A stretch of DNA of 61,953 nucleotides from an uncultured Thermotogae bacterium (GTDB lineage: Bacteria > Bipolaricaulota > Bipolaricaulia > UBA7950 > UBA9294): contig CAZKPU010000002.1 of the NCBI GenBank assembly GCA_964554715.1, positions 1 to 61,953 on the forward strand, in the 5' to 3' direction. Positions 47,801 through 54,820 of the stretch are shown in pieces. Position 1 is the stretch's first letter. Each line of letters opens with the position of its first letter. Both the position numbers and the translations under genes were made by a program. Under the pieces are notes generated by a model that was given only the letters and a program-made list of their open reading frames with translations, had not been told where the DNA came from and did not search any database.

Positions 47801-48819
47801 ATCGGAGCAGCCTCTCGATCCCCTATTCGGTTTGGGCACCGATGGCCGGCTACGAACTTGCCGGGGCGATCCCGATCAGCAGCAGCATGCCGCCGGATGG
47901 ACAGATCAGCGTCGATGTCTCGAGCCGCATGGCCTCGCTGTCGGGAACCTTCGAAGCGGGTGCCAGTTACAGCGCTACGTTCGATCTGATCGACTACCGC
48001 CAATGCACGATCGGAAGGCTCACGGTGGTCCTCACCGGTGAGGGCCGGTACGTTCCGGATCTGAGCCGTGTTTGCATGACGGTCACGGCGGTTCACGAGC
48101 AGCCGGGGTTCCTGTTCTTCTCGGGGACAACGACCGAGATTGCGGCCAGGATCACGGTGAACTACGCGCAGGAGCGGCAAACCCCGTTCCAGCTGTGCGA
48201 TGACCCGAGAGAGCGGTACAACCTGACGGCCAGCTCCTATACGTTCAGCACCGAACGGGAAGAGATCCCGTTTGACCGGTGGGAGAAGTACGATCCCAAT
48301 TCGGATGCGTGGGTCACGATCGGAGAGCAGGAAACGGTCAGCGTTTCCATGGAAGCGGAGGCCGCGTATCGGGCGGTGTACACGGGTGAAGGACCGACGA
48401 TTACGGTCACCCCGGTCCCCGATGTTTCGGTGGTGACCCCGTGCCTGGAGATTAGCGCGGTGGTCATGTACGAGCGGATTCGATCAACAACGTTCACGTT
48501 GCAGCAATCGCCGCAGTACGAGACGGAGGCGATCTATCCGCAGATCATGGTGGATCGACAGGCAAGAGTTGCCCCGTTCCAGCTGTGCGACTCGCAGCGA
48601 CGGCAAGTCACGCTGGAGCCGGAAGCGGAGCACTGGACCGAGGAAGAACAGTACCTCGAGTTCTGGAAGTGGCAGCGCTACGATCCGCAGAGTGAGACGT
48701 GGAACGATATCATCATGCTGCAGCTTTTCGGTTCCGCGCCTTCGAACGCCCTGCGAGTCACGCTGGGATCCAGCGGTCAGATCCGGGCCGTCTATCGGCA
48801 AGGCACGATGCTCTACTAG
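44878..48819 (+). CDS. giant secreted (Ala-X)n-repeat protein with Cys-rich linker and tandem C-terminal beta domains; unknown function
   Basis: 1319-codon ORF; GTG after AAGGAGG; signal peptide ending ATWA; GCN codons at alternating positions. Confidence 0.9.
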   Translation: MRSARLLFLVGLVLVGAFAGATWAQSSTEIPVLANVVQLAQASATAAAAAAAEAEAIEEEARLLLAELDWEDVLTEAAEAVSEAQAAAMSVAAAEAEVEATAASHAEACSEALASAQASATAVESVYAWAQARADAFAAACADARARAEASASACAVAIAEAEATADAFALACAEAVAHAGASASACASARAEAEASVEAMALAIAAAAAEAQASVSACVSVEASVASYAEAIAEAMAEAIAMAEVRVTAAAAAYASASAEVEVCAELAATAEVRATAVAQAAAQAAAYAAATASAYSQAQSIAQVVGQNIAQEVPCGVVVGEVRGVVQAIATAVAEADAAAQAAAQAAGLAQATASAQAEAAASAYARAVAEADACAVAYAEARAAAQAIARASASAEAEAFAAAEAVAEARAEAVAYAQAIAFAAARAEAAAEAAAEAIAIAESDARAQATSAASACAMASAHAEAMARAMAGAKATAEASAAAIASSCAEASAHAEAMASAVAQARATARAAATAAATACAEADASARAWAAAYATASARAAAAASASASAFARAQAAASTMSDAVSSAVARVSIQAAACAAASAEAQAAAASCASAAGTASASAESEASAAGTGFAYEQAYAAAVATSSADAFAYAQAAAAAAARAQAAAHAAAEAYAEAQAAATSGVQAICEATATAQAEARACVSVYADVSAEAAVYAAAVAQAMSEAQAAAVAAAKAEAEAQAEVAVAVDAMAAAQAEAEAYAHAAALAQAEAAAQVGVGVEAIAVAHADAYAAALAGARAAASAEAEGAVAAQAAAAAYADAVANAFAAARAEASAHVRAFTAVRVLASAQAEALASAEALAVAFAAASASAQAAAQASVRATVSAEACASALAQAFAMANAAASAQATAETSVEVVPEIELSIRSFIDPECLLPVCEREIPTICPACDSCCPEPQERPDDVIPTPGCPETVSLTWEIGEVPSGMFYRSSLSIPYSVWAPMAGYELAGAIPISSSMPPDGQISVDVSSRMASLSGTFEAGASYSATFDLIDYRQCTIGRLTVVLTGEGRYVPDLSRVCMTVTAVHEQPGFLFFSGTTTEIAARITVNYAQERQTPFQLCDDPRERYNLTASSYTFSTEREEIPFDRWEKYDPNSDAWVTIGEQETVSVSMEAEAAYRAVYTGEGPTITVTPVPDVSVVTPCLEISAVVMYERIRSTTFTLQQSPQYETEAIYPQIMVDRQARVAPFQLCDSQRRQVTLEPEAEHWTEEEQYLEFWKWQRYDPQSETWNDIIMLQLFGSAPSNALRVTLGSSGQIRAVYRQGTMLY
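45157..47580 (+). repeat. degenerate 96-nt (32-aa) tandem repeat / (Ala-X)n low-complexity region
   Basis: GCGGACGCGTTTGC at 45277 and 45373; GCATCTGCACA at 46261 and 46357 (both pairs 96 nt apart). Confidence 0.85.
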
Positions 48820-48900
48820 GTGTTTACGAGGGCCGGGGCGGGTTTTCCCGCCCCTCGGCCGCCATAGCGATCATCGATGGACATGCGGTCCATCAGAGGA

Positions 48901-48941
48901 CGGACGGACCCCATATTGGGATCCGTCCGATTCTTTCTTTC
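48901..48941 (+). terminator. intrinsic terminator downstream of the Ala-rich gene
   Basis: CGGACGGA-C-CCCA/TGGG-A-TCCGTCCG stem followed by ATTCTTTCTTTC. Confidence 0.8.
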
Positions 48942-49008
48942 ACCTAAGTGGAGAGACCTCGTCTTGCCTGTGCTTCCGCCGGGAAACGACGCTGTCTCGG
49001 GCCGTGGA

Positions 49009-49875
49009 TCACGGGATCGGCAGGTAGTCGACAACCGTGGGCAGCCCGTCGAACCGGATGAAGAACCCGACGTAGTCCTGCGGGTCGTCGTCTACATAGC
49101 CCGTCCAGACCTCCACCAGCCTTGCATAGAACAGATCGAGAAGCCCCACGGGGATCTCGGCGAGCGGTAACACCAGGGTCAGCGGGACCCCGGTAACCAG
49201 CTCCACAATCCCTGCATCAAACGTGTCGAAGATCGTCACGGCTTCCGGGAGCCACGAGGTCGTATACGCCAGTCCGGCGAACACCTCGCACGGGCCGACG
49301 TAGGTTGTGTCGCCGGAGTTGACGATCGTGATCTGCACCTCGCCGCCCGGCGCTCCCGTTGCCCCTCCGGCGCCAGCCGGCGCCTCGATCGAGACGATGT
49401 CGGCGCGGACGACCGGCGGAGGGGGGATCTCGTACTGGTAACGCAGAATCGATTCCAAAATGGTTACAAGCCACCCACTGGATGTGCTGTCGATGTCCAG
49501 CCAGATGTCGAGCAGACCGTCTCCGAATAACGTCGTGAGATCAGAAATGGTGAGGACAGTGTCCGCTGTTCCGTGATTCTGGCCGGTCAGCGCTCCCAAT
49601 AGGACTCCCTCTGCGTACACAAGATCACGCTCACCCTGGGCGTAATCCACATCCCAGGCCTTGATTGTCAACGTCGCATCTGGGAGGATCCAACCCGGAC
49701 GGATCCCGGCGCCCAGCGTGTGTGTCCAACCGAAGTCCTGTAAGGCTCCCCGGTACTGCCCGAACCCCGGCTCCGAATCCAGAACCTGTTCCACCGTCAC
49801 TGGAGTCGCAAGAGAGATGACCCCGGTAACGATCACTCCGATCAGCAGGAAGAGAACAACCCTTCCCTTCATCAT
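49009..49875 (-). CDS. secreted two-domain protein downstream of a c-di-GMP riboswitch
   Basis: signal peptide; ATLTIKAWDVD...LLGALTG jelly-roll-like domain; PPPP linker; Ig/CARDB-like second domain; SD GAGGAGG. Confidence 0.8.
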   Translation of the reverse strand: MMKGRVVLFLLIGVIVTGVISLATPVTVEQVLDSEPGFGQYRGALQDFGWTHTLGAGIRPGWILPDATLTIKAWDVDYAQGERDLVYAEGVLLGALTGQNHGTADTVLTISDLTTLFGDGLLDIWLDIDSTSSGWLVTILESILRYQYEIPPPPVVRADIVSIEAPAGAGGATGAPGGEVQITIVNSGDTTYVGPCEVFAGLAYTTSWLPEAVTIFDTFDAGIVELVTGVPLTLVLPLAEIPVGLLDLFYARLVEVWTGYVDDDPQDYVGFFIRFDGLPTVVDYLPIP

Positions 49876-50138
49876 CGCCTCCTCTTTCCCGTTTGAGTTT
49901 CCGATGCTTCTTTGAGGGACGAACTGCATTGCGGACGAATCCAACGTCGCAATCCTCCTCCCGGTGCAACCCGTGAGAGAAATCGGACCTGCGACACCCT
50001 ATCCGGCGAGCTTGTGGAAGAGACGGATCGGATTTCGAGAGCGGTGGATGCATCAAGCGGTTTCGCGGAGCACAAGGACCCGTTGCTGCCCAACTCCTTG
50101 AACGAACGGACCACATCAGCATTGCCGGCCTCCCGGCT

Positions 50139-50213
50139 CCGGCAACTCGGCTACCCGATTCGATGTGGCCCGTGGCTTTGCGTCCCGCTCTCTCGCGCGG
50201 TTTGCCCTTTTCG
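50139..50213 (-). ncRNA. c-di-GMP-I (GEMM) riboswitch
   Basis: minus strand GGCAAACCGCGC-GAGA-GAGCGGGACGCAAAGCCACGGGCC...GGTAGCCGAGTTGCC; P1 GGCAA/TTGCC, GNRA-capped P2, GGGACGCAAAGC core. Confidence 0.88.
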
Positions 50214-50228
50214 GAGCATCCTTTTCGG

Positions 50229-50258
50229 ACCATAGAGCAGATATCTGACGGATGTCAA
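50229..50258 (-). promoter_or_regulatory. promoter driving the riboswitch transcript
   Basis: minus strand TTGACA-N18-TATGGT just upstream of the aptamer. Confidence 0.7.
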
Positions 50259-50428
50259 GACAGGGATCCAACACTGCATCGGCGAGCTGCTTCGAGCTTG
50301 CTTTGCCGGGAGCCATGCAGATTGCTTCGCGGGCATCCGTGAGGGCTTCCGTGGTCACGATCCCTGCATGCAAGAGGCCGGCGTTTGGTGTTGCGGATAT
50401 ACTTTGCGCATAGGGAGGTCTATCGACG

Positions 50429-51277
50429 ATGCCTGAACTGCCGGACCTGGAGGTGTTGCGGGAGAGCTTGATCGAGCGTGTGCTCGATCGACCGATCCGG
50501 TCTGCCAGAGCCTTGCGTCCGGGGATCCTGAAGACGTTCGATCCGCCGCTCGAAACTCTGCTCGGAGAATCCTTCCGTGAGATCACAAGGCGGGGAAAAC
50601 ACTTGATCTTCGCGTTCAAGGAACACAGCTTTCTGGTGATCCACTTGATGCTCGCCGGGAGGTTGGTGGTGACCGGAAGCGACACCAAGGCGACCAAGGC
50701 GACGGGGTTCCTGCTGGGTTTGGAGGGTGGTCAGGACTTGCGGCTGGTGGAAGGTGGACATATCAAACGGGCCCGTGTCTATGTGGTTACAGATCCGCAG
50801 AACGTTCCGGGGATCGCCGGCGCCGGCGTCGAGCCGCTTTCGGACGGATTCACCGTGGAGGCGTTGACTCGAATCGTCTCGGGGACCCGTCGACAAGCCA
50901 AGAACGTCCTCATCGATCCGGCGATCATCGCCGGGATCGGCACGTCCTACGCCGACGAGATTCTCTATGAGGCTCGGATCTCTCCGCTTCGCTACGTGAG
51001 CAAGCTCGAAGCGGCCGAAATCCAGCGCCTCCACGATGCGATCCGACACGTGTTGTCATCGTCGATCGATGCCGTTCGGGAACAGATCGGGGACGGTGCG
51101 CTGGTGAACCCCCCTCGGGGACACATGAAGATCTACAAACGGGAAGGACACCCGTGTCCGCAATGCGGCGCGAAGATCGCCGAGATCCGCTACGCGCAAA
51201 CCCGCACCTACTACTGTCCCGACTGCCAGACAAGCGGAGAGAAGCTCCCGGATAGACGTCGCTGGATCACGAAGTAG
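50429..51277 (+). CDS. Fpg/Nei family DNA glycosylase/AP lyase
   Basis: MPELPD N-terminus, RRGKHL, H2TH AGIGTSYADE, zinc finger CPQC...CPDCQ. Confidence 0.92.
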   Translation: MPELPDLEVLRESLIERVLDRPIRSARALRPGILKTFDPPLETLLGESFREITRRGKHLIFAFKEHSFLVIHLMLAGRLVVTGSDTKATKATGFLLGLEGGQDLRLVEGGHIKRARVYVVTDPQNVPGIAGAGVEPLSDGFTVEALTRIVSGTRRQAKNVLIDPAIIAGIGTSYADEILYEARISPLRYVSKLEAAEIQRLHDAIRHVLSSSIDAVREQIGDGALVNPPRGHMKIYKREGHPCPQCGAKIAEIRYAQTRTYYCPDCQTSGEKLPDRRRWITK

Positions 51278-51304
51278 CGGAGGCGGATCCGTGATCCGCG
51301 AGAG

Positions 51305-52327
51305 TTAACAGATCCGTGGGACAGGATCTCCAAGCGGCATATCCAGGAAGCGCTTTCCACCCACGGCTGTCTCGAGCAGAACGCGGCCGGGCCAGTCGGT
51401 TGTGACTTCCCCGATGATCGCCGCATCGGCCCCCAACGGATGCTGCCGGAGCGATCCGAGGATCTCCTCGGCGCGGTCCCGCGCGACAACCAGAACGGCC
51501 TTCCCTTCGTTGGCCACGGAGAGCGCGGAAATCCCCAACATCTCCGACAGCCCGCGAACATCGTCGCGGATCGGGATCTGTGACTCTCGAACCGTGATTC
51601 CCAGATGGGCCTTGCGTGCCATCTCGTTGAGCGCGGCAGCGAGTCCGCCGCGGGTCGGATCCTTCATCGATCGAACGCCGCCCACAGCCAATGCGCGTTC
51701 GACCAACGGCCAAACCGGCGCGACATCGCTCGACAACGTGGTTTCCATGTCGAACTGCTCGCGGGCAAGGAGAATCGTCATTCCGTGGTCCCCGAGTGTG
51801 CCGGTGATCAAAACGATATCGCCGGCCTCAAACGCTGCATCGGACACCGCCGGATCGGCGACTCCGATCCCGCTGGAGTTGAGGATCAAGCCGTCGAGAT
51901 CTCCATGGGGCATCACCTTGGTATCGCCGCACACCAGCGCCGCCCCGACCTCTTCCAGCGTGTCATGAAACGATCGGAGAACCCGCTCCAATTGGTCGAT
52001 GGGGAATCCCTCTTCGATTACAGGAGCGAGACTGAGTGCAAGGGGACGAGCCCCCATCACTGCCAGATCGTTCAGGGTGCCCGCTGCCGCAAGTCGTCCG
52101 ATGTCCCCGCCGGGGAAGAACAGCGGCTTGACCACATGGCTGTCGGTGGTGAACACGAGTTCTCCGTGTTCCGGACGATCGATCGACGCCCCGTCATCCA
52201 GGGCATGCAACCCGATCCGGCCCAGTCCTTTGTCTGGAAACCGCGACAGGATCAGGTCACGCAGAAGGTTCCCCGCCACCTCTCCTCCGGCGCCGTGAAG
52301 CGCGTTGATTTCCGCGTTGTGGTTCAC
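51305..52327 (-). CDS. hypE: hydrogenase maturation carbamoyl dehydratase HypE
   Basis: LHGAGG, FPGGDIG, GDTKV, DPTRGGL, C-terminal PRIC. Confidence 0.97.
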   Translation of the reverse strand: MNHNAEINALHGAGGEVAGNLLRDLILSRFPDKGLGRIGLHALDDGASIDRPEHGELVFTTDSHVVKPLFFPGGDIGRLAAAGTLNDLAVMGARPLALSLAPVIEEGFPIDQLERVLRSFHDTLEEVGAALVCGDTKVMPHGDLDGLILNSSGIGVADPAVSDAAFEAGDIVLITGTLGDHGMTILLAREQFDMETTLSSDVAPVWPLVERALAVGGVRSMKDPTRGGLAAALNEMARKAHLGITVRESQIPIRDDVRGLSEMLGISALSVANEGKAVLVVARDRAEEILGSLRQHPLGADAAIIGEVTTDWPGRVLLETAVGGKRFLDMPLGDPVPRIC

Positions 52328-53415
52328 CGAAGATCAGGCCTCCCCCCGTACCGGAACCAGATACTGCACGCGCCCTCCGCTCCGACCATACACGGACCGA
52401 CCGGCGTGAGAGGCGTGCAACGCTTGGCGAACAACGGGCAATCCGTGGGGACCGCCTGAGCGGTGAGGATCTCGGAGCAACGACAACCTGGGATCTCCTC
52501 CTGGCCTTCGTCGCCTTGGATCGCATAGCGCGTTCGCGCATCCAGGTCGACATAGCGAGGCCGCAGGACGAACGCAGACGCGGGAATCACGCCGATCCCC
52601 CGCCATCGTCCGTCCGCAACCTCGAACACCTCGTTCAAGAGCGCGAGCGCCGCCGGGCTTCCCTGTTGGGACACCGCACGCGGAAAAGCGTTCTCAACAC
52701 GTGCCGTGCCGTCGGCAACTTGGCGAACCGTGAGGGCAAGGGCGTACAGGATATCGAGCGGCTCGAACCCGCCGACGACAACCGGGATCCCATATTCCAT
52801 AGCCAATCCGTCGTACGCATGGGTTCCCAACACCGTGGTGACGTGACCGGGTGCAAGGTAGGCATCGATCCTCTGATTGGGGAGTTCGAGCAGAGTGGCC
52901 ATCGCCGGAGGGATGAGCTTATGTGACACAAGAAGGCTGAAATTCCGTGGAGGGTTGTCCACTGCGACCGCCGCAGTCGTCGGGGCGGTGGTCTCGAACC
53001 CGACCGCGAAGAAGACGACATCTTGTGCAGGGTTTGCCCGGGCGATCGCCACGGCATCCGCGGCCGACAACACCGTTCGCACATCGCCGCCGGCGCTACG
53101 GGCCTCGTCAAGGGTGCGCCGCGTTCCCGGGACTCTCATCATGTCGCCGAACGTACACACCGTGACTCCCTGTTCGGCGAGCTTCGCCGCCGCATCGATA
53201 TCCGGTGTCGGAGTCACGCACACCGGGCATCCCGGCCCCTCCAAGATCTCGACGGATTCAGGGAGCAAGCCGCGCAATCCGTGTTCTGCGATCGCCGCCT
53301 CGTGGGTCCCGCAGACGTGGACGATCCGCACAGGGCGGTCGGGAGCCAGCAGCTGGATCGCTTCGGACAAGCGTTTTGCGCGTATCGGATCGGAGAACGA
53401 AAACGGGCGGCTCAT
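52324..53415 (-). CDS. hypD: hydrogenase maturation protein HypD
   Basis: HVCGTH, GPGCPVCVTP, GFETT, PGHV, C-terminal Fe-S Cys set. Confidence 0.97.
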   Translation of the reverse strand: MSRPFSFSDPIRAKRLSEAIQLLAPDRPVRIVHVCGTHEAAIAEHGLRGLLPESVEILEGPGCPVCVTPTPDIDAAAKLAEQGVTVCTFGDMMRVPGTRRTLDEARSAGGDVRTVLSAADAVAIARANPAQDVVFFAVGFETTAPTTAAVAVDNPPRNFSLLVSHKLIPPAMATLLELPNQRIDAYLAPGHVTTVLGTHAYDGLAMEYGIPVVVGGFEPLDILYALALTVRQVADGTARVENAFPRAVSQQGSPAALALLNEVFEVADGRWRGIGVIPASAFVLRPRYVDLDARTRYAIQGDEGQEEIPGCRCSEILTAQAVPTDCPLFAKRCTPLTPVGPCMVGAEGACSIWFRYGGRPDLR

Positions 53416-53690
53416 GAGCGGTTGCCCGGGTGTTGCGGGCCGCCGGCATCGATCCGTCCTTGATCGAGCGATGTGGTCAGCTCATCGAACAGCCGAAGCG
53501 TTTCCTCGCCATCCTGCGGATCCAAACGGCGGATGGCGAACCCTGCGTGGACGAGCAGATAGTCCCCGATTGCCACCGGCTCGGACAGGGTTTCGAGGCG
53601 AACTTCCGTCTCGACGCCCCCGTAGTCGACCGTGGCCCGGCTTCCGTCTTCGGCTTGACGTACGACACGCGCTGGTGCAGCAAGACACAT
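53412..53690 (-). CDS. hypC: hydrogenase chaperone HypC
   Basis: MCLAAP N-terminus, GDYLLVHAGFAI; start corrected. Confidence 0.96.
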   Translation of the reverse strand: MCLAAPARVVRQAEDGSRATVDYGGVETEVRLETLSEPVAIGDYLLVHAGFAIRRLDPQDGEETLRLFDELTTSLDQGRIDAGGPQHPGNRS

Positions 53691-53835
53691 TGGAATCACC
53701 GGGGCGGATTCTACCGCTGTTGGCGGGAGACGGCAATCATGCGAAAGCGACGGCGTGCGGTTTCGCCGCTGGGGAGCCGTTCGTACAATGAGTCGGTCGC
53801 CGGATCCCGGATAGATGGCGATGGAGGAGGGTGTG

Positions 53836-54162
53836 ATGGCGTTTTCCAACGAGGACGTGTTTGAAGCCGTTCAACGCATCCCCGAAGGGCACGTTGCGAC
53901 CTACGGTCAGATCGCACGGCTTGTCGGGGGAAGCTGCGGACCGAGGCAGGTCGGTTGGGCGCTGGCTGCCCTTGGGCGTCATGGCAGCGACCGACCGGTT
54001 CCCTGGCATCGAGTCGTGAACGCGAAAGGGATGTCGAGCCTTGGGGTGGGGCAACTGGAGCTTCTTGCGACGGAAGGAATCGCGATCGATGAGCGCGGGC
54101 GGATCGATCTGCAGCGGTTCGGATGGGACGAGTTCGAAGCCGCTGAGGAGACAGGCAGATGA
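53836..54162 (+). CDS. alkyltransferase-like (ATL/YbaZ) protein
   Basis: IPEGHVATYGQIA, RQVGWAL, PWHRV (Trp in place of the catalytic Cys of MGMT). Confidence 0.9.
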   Translation: MAFSNEDVFEAVQRIPEGHVATYGQIARLVGGSCGPRQVGWALAALGRHGSDRPVPWHRVVNAKGMSSLGVGQLELLATEGIAIDERGRIDLQRFGWDEFEAAEETGR

Positions 54163-54818
54163 CCCAACGCCGATGGACCCTGCTGTTGGCTTTGGTTCTC
54201 GGGGTTTCCGCGATCCTCGGAGGGTGCATGAGGTGGGCCGAACCTCCCGTGGTTAGCTTGCGGACGTGTCTCGCGGGCGAGATCGGGCCGCTTGCGGTTC
54301 GTTTTTTCGCCGATGTGAAGCTTCCGACCGCATGGGACGGCATCGCTGAAATCGTCATGTATGAGTGGGACTTTGGGGACGGGACGATCGAGAGGATCCC
54401 GTTTGGATGGGGCGTCGTGCACCAGTATGAGACGGCGGGACCGGTCGAGGTGCGGGTTGATGCCATCGACGCGCGTGGCAACCGCGGGGTTGCCGCCCTG
54501 GCGATGGACGTCTATGAAGCGGCGTTCGTGCGTGAATGGTCGCTTACGTTGGGGTTCCCGGTTCGAGCAAGCGGCGTGGTCGAGAACCGGCACGATCAGA
54601 CTCTTGGCGAGGTGGTTGTGCGGGGCAAGTTCTACGACACCGCCGGAGTCCGTTTCACGCAAGGAGACGTCATCATCTTCAGTCTGGATCCGGGGGAGCA
54701 GGCCTACTTCGAAGTTACGGCCGACGAATACTCGCCGTGGATTTTCTACGCGGATGTCGAAATCGCTAGTTTCTCCGCCGATTGCGGGCTTCTCCCCGCT
54801 GGAACCGGGAGCTTCTGA
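54159..54818 (+). CDS. lipoprotein with PKD and FxLYD-like domains
   Basis: lipobox ILGGC, YEWDFGDG, GVVEN...VRGKFYD...G. Confidence 0.8.
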   Translation: MTQRRWTLLLALVLGVSAILGGCMRWAEPPVVSLRTCLAGEIGPLAVRFFADVKLPTAWDGIAEIVMYEWDFGDGTIERIPFGWGVVHQYETAGPVEVRVDAIDARGNRGVAALAMDVYEAAFVREWSLTLGFPVRASGVVENRHDQTLGEVVVRGKFYDTAGVRFTQGDVIIFSLDPGEQAYFEVTADEYSPWIFYADVEIASFSADCGLLPAGTGSF

Positions 54819-54820
54819 CG

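Noticed and set aside
50206-50229. Direct repeat CCTTTTCGGA x2 at the riboswitch 5' end
   Set aside because: Only 10 bp and two copies; it may be an operator or a small duplication, but there is not enough to claim.
49912-50697. ORFs called in the 49.9-50.4 kb intergenic region
   Set aside because: They overlap the riboswitch, promoter and Fpg; no coding signal.
53836-54162. Active O6-methylguanine methyltransferase (ogt)
   Set aside because: The active site is PWHRV, not PCHRV, so this is the non-catalytic ATL type.
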